Source: Spirochaetia bacterium (GTDB lineage Bacteria > Spirochaetota > Spirochaetia > SZUA-6 > Bin103). From it: a DNA stretch of 64,000 bases. The notes beneath the pieces were generated by a model. That model saw only the letters and a list, made by a program, of their open reading frames with translations. It searched no databases and was not told the origin of the DNA. Below, piece by piece: positions 42,944 to 54,260 of this stretch. How positions within the stretch are numbered: the stretch's first letter is position 1; each line of letters opens with the position of its first letter. A program made the translations under genes and the position numbers. The stretch covers positions 928,001 to 992,000 of the forward strand of contig CBDAOI010000004.1 of assembly GCA_965198005.1 (NCBI GenBank), in the 5' to 3' direction.

Positions 42944-43991
42944 GCGCTCTTACCAATGTTTGCAGGCGAGGTTGGCGTGATGAGAGTCTATGTGTCGAAC
43001 TTTGGGTTGCTTTAACAAAGGCATGGTATCTCGTTTCGTTTGTGGCATCTTCGTTATCATCAAAGGCTTGCGCAATCTGAGAGAGTTCATCCAGTGCGGT
43101 TTCCCAGTCTATTCCGATACCGGACAAACCCTCGATGCCTTTTGTTGCACGACTGGACGGTAACCACCCCTTGAGGAAAGCGACGGCGGAAAACAGAGTT
43201 AGGAAGTTCGGTGCATCAAAGAAGATTGTGTTGTAAAAATCGTCCTTCAGGTGTACGAGGATTTCGTTGATGATGGCGTCTATATGTTTGCGGACCGGAC
43301 GGAAGAATCCCTCTTTTCTTGACTTCCGTTCCTTGTAGTAGCTTCCAATTTTTTGCTCGCCCCCATCACCGAATCCTTTGTCCAAGGCCATGAACATCTC
43401 GGCAATGACGGAAGTGTGCTTCAGACGAACGCTTTCTCGAATTGATACGACGCCTAGATCATGCCAAAGCGTACTCCAATGTACGGCCGTATCGTAGATA
43501 GCCCACTTCACGGGTTCGGAATACTGAGCATGCCTCAGTTCGGCAGGTGTGATCTTTACACTGTACGAATTGAGACGGGCGAATATTTCCAATATGTTTT
43601 CATCATTTGCGTTAATCAACTGAACGACAGGAACCTTGTATGAGAGGAAACACTCTTTCTCATCATCGTTCAGATCGTCGTATCTTTTCCCTTCGTATTT
43701 CGGTGCCTTGGACGTCAGCTTCAACCTGCCGGATGCGAACTCCAAGATCGCTCGTAAGCGCTGTTGCCCATCCACAACTTCTCTGATCGTCGTCTGAGCT
43801 GTTGCATCTATTCGAGTCCGGAAGAAAATCTGTGGCATCGGCAGATCATGTAGGATCGTATCGATCAAGTATACCTTCGCCGTGGGAGTCCAGACAGACC
43901 CGCGCTGAAAATCAGGCGATAACTTAAGCTGTCTCCTTGCAGCCCAGTCAATAAAGTCGGAAATCGTATAGGTCTGTGGCATGCTCGACAT
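42924..43991 (-). CDS. DUF262 (ParB/Srx-like, GmrS-type) protein
   Basis: PDFQRGSVW, VVDGQQR, IFARLN. Confidence 0.88.
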   Translation of the reverse strand: MSSMPQTYTISDFIDWAARRQLKLSPDFQRGSVWTPTAKVYLIDTILHDLPMPQIFFRTRIDATAQTTIREVVDGQQRLRAILEFASGRLKLTSKAPKYEGKRYDDLNDDEKECFLSYKVPVVQLINANDENILEIFARLNSYSVKITPAELRHAQYSEPVKWAIYDTAVHWSTLWHDLGVVSIRESVRLKHTSVIAEMFMALDKGFGDGGEQKIGSYYKERKSRKEGFFRPVRKHIDAIINEILVHLKDDFYNTIFFDAPNFLTLFSAVAFLKGWLPSSRATKGIEGLSGIGIDWETALDELSQIAQAFDDNEDATNETRYHAFVKATQSSTHRLSSRQPRLQTLVRALGHAFS

Positions 43992-44259
43992 TTGCCTGCC
44001 TCCAAGAAGTGTGTCGCCGCTATTTGGGCCTGTCCAGTTGTCAATAACCCCGGCAATCTATAGCGGTCAAATGGGAAATCGATACTGTTCCGCGTCCTGT
44101 ATACGAATTGCCCTCGTATACCATAGCTTGGGTTGTCGGTCAAGGAGCGCAGTATAAGAGCGGTCGTTGTCCCACTGGGCATCCGCCCATCAATGTCCTA
44201 CTAACGCAGGAGGGGCGGTTCATGTCGGCGCCGGAGGGGAGAGCGGCGTCCCGGGCGGC

Positions 44260-45483
44260 TCAGAAGGTCCAGTCGAACTGGGCGGGCGGGAGCGCCAGGG
44301 CGCGGTCGAGCGCGGCCAGCAGGTCGGGCGGCGCGGTGAGCTGGTCGGTGATGGCGACGGCGCCGGCCGGGCGGGCGCCGAGCCAGACGCGCGAGAACGC
44401 GCCCACCGCGGCGCGCAGCGTGGGCAGGCGCGGGTGGCTGCCGGGCGTGGCGGTGGAGCGGGCGCCGAGGCGCACCAGGTAGCTGCCGCCGGCCCCGCGC
44501 CAGCCGCCGGCGGGCAGGTAGGCCGCGATCGGGTCGGTCAGCTCCAGGTTGAAGGCCACCTCGGCGTGCGCCTCGACCGCGGCCACGCACGCCGGCAGGT
44601 CGAGCACGCGCGCCTGATAGTTGGCTTCGCTGCGCACGCCGTGCTCGTGCTCGGCGCGGCGGCTGCGCTCGTAGTTGCGGAACGGCCGGTCCAGCAGGTC
44701 CTGGAGCTGGATCGGCGGCGGCTCGTCCAGGCGCACGGTCTGCACCTGGTCGGAGAGCTGGTGCAGCAGCCCGAGCAGCTCCAGCAGCTCGCCGGCGTCC
44801 CGGTAGACCATCCAGTGCACGCGGTAGGGGCCGCTCTCGCCCTTGGCCTGGGCCCAGAAGTAGTGGGTCAGGCGGCCGTTCTCGCGGTAGCCGAGGCCGA
44901 ACCCTTCCGCGGTGACCTGCATGGCGGCCCCGGTCACCGCCGGGTGCTCGAAGTTGACGCCGCCGTGCGGGCGCAGGCGCCGCCGGCGCGCCCGATGGGC
45001 CTCGGCCGCGTCGTCCAGCGTCAGCCGCTCGGGCGGGCGCGGGCGCCGGTCGATCCGCAGGGTGGCCGGATCGAAGGTGACGCGGTGCTGGTAGGCGAGC
45101 GAGCCGAACCCGAGCTGGTTGTAGAACCCCTGATCGAAGATGCCCAGACCGGCCACGGCCAGACCGCGCGCCGCGGCGTTCGCCAGGGCGGCGGCGGTAG
45201 TGCGGCTGGCGAGTCCGCGGCGGCGGGCGACGCGGCTGGTCGCCACCCCGGCGACGCCCGCGAACGGCAGCTCGCCCGCCTGGTAGCGGATGGTCCCGTC
45301 GTCCACCATCACCGCGCACTCCGCGGCGCCGTCCAACTCCGCCACCAGGGTGCGCGGCGCTACGATGTACGCGTCGAACTGGCGATCCGCCTTCTTCCGG
45401 TCCGGCGGCAGCCAGCCGATCTCGCGCCAGATCCGGATGACGTGGTCGCGGTCGCGCGCGGCTTCGTACGGGCGGATGGTCAC
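44260..45483 (-). CDS. Eis-like GNAT acetyltransferase with SCP2-like tail
   Basis: GVATSRVARRRGLA, FYNQLGF; GTG start overlaps the upstream stop. Confidence 0.8.
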   Translation of the reverse strand: MTIRPYEAARDRDHVIRIWREIGWLPPDRKKADRQFDAYIVAPRTLVAELDGAAECAVMVDDGTIRYQAGELPFAGVAGVATSRVARRRGLASRTTAAALANAAARGLAVAGLGIFDQGFYNQLGFGSLAYQHRVTFDPATLRIDRRPRPPERLTLDDAAEAHRARRRRLRPHGGVNFEHPAVTGAAMQVTAEGFGLGYRENGRLTHYFWAQAKGESGPYRVHWMVYRDAGELLELLGLLHQLSDQVQTVRLDEPPPIQLQDLLDRPFRNYERSRRAEHEHGVRSEANYQARVLDLPACVAAVEAHAEVAFNLELTDPIAAYLPAGGWRGAGGSYLVRLGARSTATPGSHPRLPTLRAAVGAFSRVWLGARPAGAVAITDQLTAPPDLLAALDRALALPPAQFDWTF

Positions 45484-46559
45484 GCCAGGACTACCTCCCG
45501 CCCGCTGGCCGCGCTTTCGTACAGCGCGTCGATGATCCGCAGCGAGGTCACCGCCTGACCGGGCGGCGCGCTGGAGGGGCGGCCGTCGATCACGCTGTCG
45601 ATGAACTCGTCGTAGGAGGTGCGCGCCTGGTCCGGCCCGGGCCGCAGCTCGGTGACCTGAAACGAGCCCGCGGCATCGTGGCGGTACAGCTCCGCCTTGA
45701 ACTGGTGGAGGTTGCGCAGGTTGCGCTGCAGCATACCCCCGGCGGTGCCGAACACCCAGGTCTCCATCCGCTCCGCGCGCGGCTGGTTCAGGTCCCAGCT
45801 CGACTCCAGCACCAGGCTGGCGCCGTTGGCGAAGCGCACGAACCCCACCGCCAGATCCTCCACGTCCACGGCCACCCCGGTGCGGCGCGCGTAAGCCCGC
45901 CCCATGGCGTGGTAGGTGGCGCCGCTGACCGCGGCCACCGGCGGAAACCCCATGAACCAGAGCGCGAGGTCGAGGCGGTGCACGCCGAGATCGATCAGCG
46001 CGCCGCCGCCGGCGGCCGCGCGCTGCACCAGCCAGTTGGCGGTGCCGCCGCGGCGCACGCCGGGAATGCCGCGGCTGCGGTGCCACACCGAGCGGGCGAA
46101 GTACACCTCGCCGAGCGCGCCGCCGTCCACCGCCACCTTCAGCGCCTGGCTGGCGGGGACGAACCGGATGTTGTGGTTCACCATCAGCACCCGCCGCGCG
46201 CGCAGCGCGGCCGCCTCCATCTCGCGCGCCTGGACGGCGTTCACGGCCAGCGGCTTCTCGCACAGCACGTGCAGCCCCGCCTCCAGCGCGGCCAGCGTCA
46301 GCTCGCAGTGGCTGGCGTTGGGGGTGGCGATGCTCACCACGTCCACCTCGCCGCTGCGCAGCAGCTCGTAGGGGTCGGCAAAGGTGTGGGGCGCCGTCAG
46401 GCGCACCGCGGTGGCCGCCAGCCGGGCGGCGTCGACGTCGCACAGGGCGTTGAGCGTGGTGCGGCTGCCCTCGTGATAGGCCGCGGCGTGACCGTAGCCG
46501 CGGCCCAGCCCGATCACGCCGGCGCGCACCGGCGGCGCCACGCGCGCGAAGCCGCTCAT
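45480..46559 (-). CDS. Gfo/Idh/MocA oxidoreductase
   Basis: GVIGLG, HVLCEKP, GGALIDLGVH. Confidence 0.92.
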   Translation of the reverse strand: MSGFARVAPPVRAGVIGLGRGYGHAAAYHEGSRTTLNALCDVDAARLAATAVRLTAPHTFADPYELLRSGEVDVVSIATPNASHCELTLAALEAGLHVLCEKPLAVNAVQAREMEAAALRARRVLMVNHNIRFVPASQALKVAVDGGALGEVYFARSVWHRSRGIPGVRRGGTANWLVQRAAAGGGALIDLGVHRLDLALWFMGFPPVAAVSGATYHAMGRAYARRTGVAVDVEDLAVGFVRFANGASLVLESSWDLNQPRAERMETWVFGTAGGMLQRNLRNLHQFKAELYRHDAAGSFQVTELRPGPDQARTSYDEFIDSVIDGRPSSAPPGQAVTSLRIIDALYESAASGREVVLA

Positions 46560-46574
46560 CGGCTGCGCCCGCCC

Positions 46575-48087
46575 TCAGGCCCTGGCGCCGGGGCGCACCG
46601 GCGCGGGCGGGGGTGCGGGGGCGGCATCGGCGGCCTGCGCGGCGGGGCGGGGCGCGCCGTTGTCCACCGCACCCGGCGGCGCTCCGTCCGCGTGCCGGGT
46701 GCTGCGGGCGCCCCGGGCGGGGCGGGGGAACCGCCGGCAGCCGGGCGAAGGTGCGGCGCAGCAGCAGATAGCCGAACGCGAAGGCGATCAGGTTGGCCGC
46801 GACGATCGCCAGCCACACGGCGACGATCGGGGCCGGCTGACCGGCCGTGCCCAGCCCGCGGGTCACCAGCAGCGCGGCGCCCAGCATGATGCCCACCCGC
46901 AGCGCGTACACGGCGAACCCGCGCCACGACTTGCCCATCGCCTGGAACGCGCTCACGATCACGAACAGCGCGCCTACCACCCCGTAGGTGAACGGCACCG
47001 TGATCAGGTAGGAGCGGCCGTAGGCGATCACCAGCGGGTCGGCGGTGAACACCTGCACGATCAGGCCGCGCACCGCGACCGCCCCCAGTCCCACCAGCGA
47101 CCCCAGCGCGAACGCGGCCAGCATGTTGGTCCGCCAGGAGAGGCGGGCACGGTCGAGCCGTCCGCCGCCGAGGTTCTGGCCGATCAGCGCCAGCGCCGCG
47201 ACCCCGAAGCCGATCGCCGGCAGGAACGAGAAGAACTCGATGCGGAAGCCGATCGACAGTCCCACCACCCCGGCTTCCAGGAACGTCAGCGCCACCAGCT
47301 TGTTGAGCACGGCCAGCCCGGCCGGGTTGAGCATGTTGGTGAGCGCGGCCGGAAACCCGATCTTCAGCACCTGCCGCACCGACCGCCAGCGCAGCACCAG
47401 GTTGCGGAACCGGAACCGCACCAGCATGTTGCGCACCTTGAGCAGGGTCACCCCCGCCACCACCAGCACCACCTGCGAGAGGATGGTGGCCACCGCGGCG
47501 CCGCGCACCCCCATCGCCGGCAGCCCCAGCTCGCCGAAGATCAGCAGCGGATCGAGAATGGCGTTGAGCGTGGTGGAGATCGCGAACAGCCAGGTGACGG
47601 TGGTGTTGTCGCCCTGCGAGTTGAAGCCGAAGATCACCGCGAAGAACACGAACACCAGCACCGACCCGCCGGTCACGATGGTGAAGTACTCCAGCGCCAG
47701 CGGCAGGATGTCGCCGGTGGCCCCGGTCAGGGTCAGCAGCGGCCGCCGGAACGCCAGCGCCATGGCGGTGAAGAACGCCGCCGCCAGGATGTTGAGCACG
47801 AACGACTGCCCCAGGATCCGCTCCGCCTCGGGCAGGTCGCGCCGCCCGATGCAGGTCGCCATCAGCACCCCCGAGCCCACGGTGATCCCGATGGTGAGCG
47901 AGATCATCACGAACAGGGTGATCTGCGACACCGTGACCGCCGCAATGGCTGCGTCCGAGATCCGGCTCACCCAGAACGCGTCCACCAACTGGTACAGCGT
48001 ATGGAAGAAGATCGACAGCATCACCGGCCACGCCAGTGACCAGCTCAGATGCCGTATCGAGCCGCCGGTGAGGTTGCGCCCGCGCAT
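46575..48087 (-). CDS. MATE efflux transporter; apparent frameshift in the Pro/Ala tail near 46720
   Basis: NAILDPLLIFG, GVRGAAVAT, many TM helices; plausible stop at 46575 in a shifted frame. Confidence 0.85.
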
Positions 48088-48231
48088 GGTGCGGAAAGCT
48101 ACTACACTTGCCCCCCCGCGGCTACGCCCAAGCGCCGACGTCGAGCCTCGGGGCGCCGTCCGGCGAGTCCCTCCACCGAGTTTCGTTCGACCGTGGCGCA
48201 GTCGCTCGGGCGCGCGTCGGGATGTCGGGCC

Positions 48232-49113
48232 CTATCGAAATCGAAGCTCCTTCCCGTTATAGGTAGCCGTGACTCCCTGGCACGTGTAGTCGAGCAGCAG
48301 TCGGTTGGCAAAGGAATCTTCCAAGCGGAGCTGCCCACTCGAGAACCCCGTTGGGCAGGTGTAGCCGAGGGTCTGCCGAAGATCCCGCGATGCTACCGCA
48401 ACGTCGTAGGTCCTGCTACCAACCGTATACTTCAACCGCGTGCCCGAGTGAAAGCGGTATTCTCTCGGGTAAGGGGAATCTGTCTTGAAGGAATGGCCGC
48501 CGGCCCACTGCAGGCGATACTTCTGCTCCCCGGACACGGATAGTCTGCTGTCGTAGTCGACGGCAACCACCTGAAACCCACTGTCAATCGTGTACACCTC
48601 CTCGAAGGAGTCGGATTGCACTACCGGCTGGCCGACGACCGTCCACGTTCGGCTGCCCGCGAACGTGCCGGCTGAGTCCGGATCACTGTCGTCATGATCC
48701 CAGTACGACCTCTCGTATACCACAGTTACGTTGGAGTTGCTACATTCGCCCCGCTCTGAGCCGTCAACTGGAAATGTATCCCCATCGGCATTGGTCAAAT
48801 CCCCCGTCACTGTAGCTGCGGGGCAATTGACGAGGGACCGGTCAGGGGCAGAATCGAGGAGCAGAAGCAGATTGAAGAGACCGAACGCAGGCGCAAGCAA
48901 CCGAGACGTTCTGGACTCTGACTCCGATTCCGGATCATTCATGACCAACACCAAGTCCCGGGCCACGGCCTCGGTCATCGGAAGGTCGGACGGCGTTTCA
49001 TCGGACGCTACGGTTCCATTCCCCATTCCCATGTCCGGGCAACCCGCCAGGAGCAGGGCGATAATACACAGCACAACCCCGGCGTACGGGATTGGTCGAA
49101 TCCCCATCAACAT
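48232..49113 (-). CDS. Hypothetical lipoprotein
   Basis: Lipobox LLAGC, acidic beta-rich body, lower GC than its neighbours. Confidence 0.6.
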   Translation of the reverse strand: MLMGIRPIPYAGVVLCIIALLLAGCPDMGMGNGTVASDETPSDLPMTEAVARDLVLVMNDPESESESRTSRLLAPAFGLFNLLLLLDSAPDRSLVNCPAATVTGDLTNADGDTFPVDGSERGECSNSNVTVVYERSYWDHDDSDPDSAGTFAGSRTWTVVGQPVVQSDSFEEVYTIDSGFQVVAVDYDSRLSVSGEQKYRLQWAGGHSFKTDSPYPREYRFHSGTRLKYTVGSRTYDVAVASRDLRQTLGYTCPTGFSSGQLRLEDSFANRLLLDYTCQGVTATYNGKELRFR

Positions 49114-49476
49114 ATGAACATAATACATAATACCGCATAGCAATAGTCTGCACATGACGGTCAAGAAAGTCAAGTGGGGGCGGTCTTGCTGTATGTGAGC
49201 CGATAGACCGCTACCTGAACCGAGGAACATAACCGACGACACGGGTACGGGCATGGGGCACCCTCTCGAACAGTTCGCGCTGGGCGACCAACCGTTTGAA
49301 CGGACGCCGCACATGCGACCAACACCCCACGTGCCAAAGACTGCACGGGCGGTCGTATGCATCGTAGCCGTCGGTCTGCACGTAGCCCTGGTAGTCGCCG
49401 ATGATCTCGGTAGCTACGCACCCGCCGCGGCCCGGCTCATACCGGTACCGGCGCGCGGCACGGTGCTCGGACTGGT

Positions 49477-49636
49477 CTCATTACCCCTCATGGGGATCGA
49501 AAACGCCCGCCACCGACGCGCTCGGGCCGGTGCTGCGCGACCGCTCATTACCCCTCATGGGGATCGAAAACCGCTGGAGCCGGAGGTGCTCCGGCGCTAC
49601 CTGGCGCGCTCATTACCCCTCATGGGGATCGAAAAC
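49477..49636 (-). CRISPR. Orphan mini CRISPR array: 3 identical 28-bp repeats, 2 spacers (39 and 37 bp)
   Basis: CTCATTACCCCTCATGGGGATCGAAAAC at 49477, 49544 and 49609; internal CCCC/GGGG hairpin; orientation inferred from a leader-like stretch on the right. Confidence 0.85.
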
Positions 49637-49859
49637 CCCCCTATCTCAGCGACAGACTTGCCGTTTCGTGGCACTTGTGGCGGTGCCCGACAACTGCACG
49701 ATACCGCGGGAGATACCCTTCACTCCTATTTGTGCGCTTGAGCCACGGGCGAGCAGGGGTTTTCTGCTCCGGCGCTGGGTGGTCTCAGACGAGTGAACAG
49801 TTCTTCCCATGCCAACTGTCGGCCTGCTGACTCATCTGACCGCCAAGCAGCTCCTTGCT

Positions 49860-50050
49860 GAGTCTGGCTACCTCCACGTTGTGACGGTTCCTGCATACGA
49901 GCTTAAGAATCTTGTCTTCAGGTCCTCCTCGGCGAACCACAGCAGCCCCTGGTCGCGTTCATACTCCCGCTCACTGGACTGGTCGGTGTTGCTCAGCAGC
50001 GCCACGGTGCCCTGCTCGGCTGACAGGGGGATGTCGCCGGAGCCCTCCAT
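49860..50050 (-). pseudogene. Module G: short remnant of the haemagglutinin-like scaffold
   Basis: LSAEQGTVALLSNTDQSSEREYERDQGLLWF matches modules A, B and F. Confidence 0.8.
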
Positions 50051-50268
50051 ATGTACGGCAGTCAGGCGGCGGTGAGCAGGGCATTTCCCGGCTCGAAGCC
50101 CCCGTCTGTGCCCTCCTGCGCCTCGCCGAGTTCAGCCTCCATTCCCGCGGCGACTATGGCGCGTGCCAGCTCAGCACACAATCGGATCCTCGACACTTTC
50201 GTTTCTGTTCACCGTGCTGCTACAAGTCTACGACTGATTCTACGTGAAGTACTCTCTCCCGTTCGAGC

Positions 50269-50679
50269 CTAACCCCATAACTGTTTCATTCTGTTTCTAG
50301 TGATCTTCTTGAGCTCGAGATGGGTCTCTGCCAAGTTATCAGGCATGAATACTCTCCTAATGTCTGCAATCAGGTCTCTAATGAATTGAATATTGTCAAG
50401 GTCAAGAAATGACCGGAAATCATCCTCCGACGTTAGGAAATGACGAACGATTTCGATGGAGTACCAGCCCAACTTCTTTCGTCGGTCTTCATACGATTTG
50501 AAGTCACAGAAAAGTTGCTCCCGATCCCTTACTAATCGAATCATAACGATCTCGTCAGTGAGTACTATGAGTCCATTACCGCCGAAGGATCTGGAGTGTC
50601 TCGAGTCGACAATCCTAAACTCATGGTCTTTGTAAAGGAAAGACAAATGCTCCAATAGCAATCTAAGGATCTGATCCAC
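50269..50679 (-). CDS. Putative immunity protein F
   Basis: AT-rich 136-aa ORF starting 1 nt after the toxin F terminal stop. Confidence 0.72.
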   Translation of the reverse strand: MDQILRLLLEHLSFLYKDHEFRIVDSRHSRSFGGNGLIVLTDEIVMIRLVRDREQLFCDFKSYEDRRKKLGWYSIEIVRHFLTSEDDFRSFLDLDNIQFIRDLIADIRRVFMPDNLAETHLELKKITRNRMKQLWG

Positions 50680-50680
50680 T

Positions 50681-53600
50681 TCAGTATTCCTCCCTTGCTC
50701 GCAACGTCCACTGGTTTACCCACACGTAGCCGCGGTGATTGATCAGATACTCTACTTCTCTATGCAGCCAAGAATCCCCACGAATTCTATCTTTCGGCGT
50801 CGAGAGAAGAATCTGGTCACCTCTGTCAGCTATAGTATCGAGGAAGTGACGGTTCGCAGCCCATCGCTGTTCATCGTTTAGCTCATCCCAGGCACTGCCG
50901 ATATCAAAATAGCTCGCCCCTCAATCTATACCCGTCTCAATGTAGCCTGGATAACTACCTAACACCGCAGTGCCACTGCCTGTCAAGTGTGACTCGGACA
51001 GACCTACAATATGTTGAGGTAGTGTCGAGGCCGTTGGTGTGTGCGACGATGACTGAGCTTGTAACTCTCTGAAGGCTGCGACGGTAGCTTCCGGAATATA
51101 GAGCGAGACGATCCGCCCTGCTCCTCTCAATTGGTCACGTGTATGTGGATCGAGTTCGTTCCAATGCCTCCTGATCGGTTCGCCAGTAACTTCGTCGATA
51201 TACGTAACTACCGAATCGATTGTTCCTCCGGCCGCGGCAAGTATGCGAAGAACGTCTTGAGTGAGGTCCGAGTACTCGTCAGCAAACCACGATATGGCTG
51301 ACACAGCCTGTGCCGCCAGTGCTTGGCTCACGGGATTGTCGCCGCCGGCTTGCTCGATGCGGGTAACGAACTCGCGCATCGCAAGGGGGACCTCTGCGCC
51401 AAACCAGCGCGCCGTGGCGGCAGCGTAAGAGGCGATCGCTTGGCTCAGGGGATCGTTGCTCGCACCCATCTCGGCTAAACCCGCAAGAATGTTGCCTTGT
51501 CCTCGTTGGTAAGCTCTGATCACGAGGACGATGCGGAAGACGTTGTTCTCGGCGGCAGCGGCGCCGGCCTGGGCCGCGAGCTCCGCCTGACCGCCGGCTA
51601 CGCCCACTACAAGGCCGCTCGCCAAGCGCGCGAGATCCACACCGGCAGCTTTCATGGCGTCGAGTTGCTGGAATAGTTCGCCGAACGATAAAGTTCCGGC
51701 TTCGGCATCCTCTATCCATTTGATGATCCGCTGGCGGTAGAGGAGTGCGGTGGCTTCGCCGATGACGGCGCCGGCGGCGGCGGAGGGGCAGTCGTCGGCG
51801 GCGAGCAGGCCGGTGGCGCAGCCGAGGGCGGCGTGGGCGATCAACTGGCCGGCGGTGTCGAGGTCGCCGTTGTCGACTGCGGCGCCGATCTCCTGGGCGA
51901 GGTTCTCGCCGAGCACGCCGGCGGCCTCGGCCCGCAGCGACGACAGCAGCGCGTCGACCAGCGCTTCGCCTTCGATCAGGGTCGACACGCCGGTGTCCAC
52001 CGCGGTGCTGATCAGACTCTGCTGCAGGTCCTCCGCCACCCGCTCCGCCAGCGGCGCGGTGCTCACCAGCTCGCCACCCAGCCCTGCCGCCGCCGTCAGC
52101 CCGGTGGTCAGCCCCGCGGTCAGCATCGCCGTACCCAACGTGGTCAGGGTCTCCAGCGCGGCAAGCTGCTGCAGCGTCGCGCCGATGTCCCCCAGGTTGT
52201 TCACCAGCAGCACCGCGGCTCGGTTTACCAGCGAGGTAAGCCCCGCCTGGATCGCACCCTGCACCCCCGCCTGTAGCGCAACGTTGGCCCCCAGCGACAG
52301 CGCGTTGGTGATGCTCGCCGCCGCCCCCGAGAGCGCGCCGCCGGTGGCAACCCCCACGATCAGGCTCACCAGCGCCGCGCCGGTTGCCGTCAGCCCTTGC
52401 GACTCGTAGTCCCACTCCTCGAAGGCGGCATCGAGGCCGTTCCAGTCGACGTTCGGGTCGTCGCGCAGTTGCTGCATCCAGGCCAGCTCCGGGGACTGCA
52501 CCAACTGGTTGAGCGACTCCTGCTGACTGCCGACGCGTTCGTACTCCACCACCACGCCGTCGCCGGCGACGATGGTCAGTTCGCCGCCCTGCTCGATGGT
52601 TACGTGCTCGATGCTCTCTTCGTTGTGCCCCTGGTCCTCCTCGGTGAACCACAGCACACCCTGGTCGTGTTCGTACTCCTGCTCGCTGGACAGGTCGGTG
52701 TTGCTCAGCAACGCCACCGTGCCCTGCTCGGCGGACAGGAGGATGTCGCCGGCGCTGTCCAGCTGTACGGCGTCGAGGGTGAGGTCGCCGGTGGCGGCGT
52801 CGATGGTCAGGTCGCCGCCGGCGTCGATGGTGGTGGGGCGGGTGTCGAGTTCGGCGTCCAGCTCGTGGATGCTGGTGCTGGTGCCGAACAATCCCAGGAA
52901 CCCGCCGCTCTCGGTCTCCATCTGGTACTCGTCGTGCTGGAAGTCCTGGACCGACTCGATGGTGGTATCGCCCAACGCGAACAGGGTGGCGTCGGCGTCG
53001 GCGGTGAGCTCGGCCCCCTGCAGGGTGAGGTCGCCGCCGGCGAGCATGGTCAGATCGCCGCCGGCGTCGAGGGTCGCCAGTTGGTTGATCAGGGCGCTGC
53101 TGTGCTCGAACCCGCCGTCGAACTCGAATTCGTGCTCGCTGGCAAGCTGCAGTGCCAGGATGGAGATGTCGCCGCCGGCCAGCAGCGTCATCTCGTCACC
53201 CGCACCGAACAAGCCGCCGATCGACTGAATGAAGCTGTCTGCGTCCAGGTGCAGGCTGCCGCCGGCGGTGATCTGCGCCACCTGCAGCATCTGGTCGGCG
53301 AACCCGCCGTCGAACTCGATGCGCTCCGACAACGTCTCGTTGAGAATGGCCCCCGCCGCGATACCGACGTCGCCACCGCCGGCCACGATCCCGGACTGGT
53401 TGGCGAACAGGCCGCCGGCGCTGATGCCGATGTCGCCCTCCGAGAGCAGGCTGCCGCCGATGTTCAGCAGATCGCCGGTGCTGATGGCGAGCGCGTCGGT
53501 GCCGGCGATGAGGCCGGAGTTGATGACGTGGGCGGCGTTGATGATGGTGGTGCTGCCGGTGATGCTGGCGCTGCCGAGGTCGAGGCTGTCGAGGGTGGAG

Positions 53601-53770
53601 GAGGCCAGGTACAGGCGCGGCACCAGCACCTCCTGGCCGCCGACGGTGTGGCGCTCCAACCAGATGATGTTGCCGGACAGTGCGGCGATCTGGCTGGGGC
53701 TCAGGGCCACGCCGATGGTGAGCGCGAGGCTGCGGTAGGCATCGACGGCGTTGTCGTACAGCGCCTGCAT
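50681..53770 (-). pseudogene. Module F: orphan CdiA-like fragment (DUF637-like region, AAENN) with an unassigned toxin domain interrupted by TGA at 50921
   Basis: IIWLE...VLVPRLYL, WDY..QGLT, AAENN; the frame continues 79 sense codons past the TGA. Confidence 0.85.
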
Positions 53771-53832
53771 CAGACTGCGGTGGTCGTACCGGCCAGCTGG
53801 CCGAACGAAGGGTTCTGGTTACAGTCAGTAGG

Positions 53833-54098
53833 TCAAGTCGTGCGAGGCAAGAAAGTCAGAGCGTGAGACCGGTTGCTTCGTACCACTCGTCGAGATAGGA
53901 AAACGGTGTGTCTTTCCAACAGAACTTCAAAGCCTCGTCCTCTCTCATCGTCAGATCCTACTACCCAATTCTCGTCATTCCACTTCACAAGAAAACTCTG
54001 CCTCGTTTCCGAATGTATAGACACGCCGTTCCTCTCCAAGGCATAGCGTAACAACGACAACAGGTTGGGTTCATAGTACCTGTGTTTTTTTCCTGCAT
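53833..54098 (-). pseudogene. Putative immunity gene E, frameshift in an A7 run
   Basis: Directly follows the TNT-like tail; the ATG is out of frame with the body (WVVGSDDERG). Confidence 0.5.
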
Positions 54099-54114
54099 TC
54101 TGTCCTTCGTCCTG

Positions 54115-54260
54115 TTACTCGACGATGCGTATGAACCCCCGTTCAACTAATACGGCTACTCTCTTCGTGAATTGATACTGTATCCCCTCGCCCGCTTGTC
54201 CGAACCACGGAGCCGTTGTGCCCGCCTCGACCTCAAGCGGCTTCAGGATCTTGGTCCCAA
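54115..54260 (-). pseudogene. Module E: C-terminal end of a TNT-like (DUF4237) NAD+ glycohydrolase
   Basis: LKPLEVEAGTTAPWFGQAGEGIQY...LVERGFI. Confidence 0.75.

Noticed and set aside
44260-48087. 1275-aa MATE-GNAT fusion ORF
   Set aside because: The middle is an off-frame read through the Gfo/Idh/MocA gene; best explained by one frameshift in the MATE tail plus stop-poor GC-rich DNA
50921-50923. Second selenocysteine codon
   Set aside because: Not a redox-Cys context and no clear hairpin downstream; a nonsense mutation is more likely
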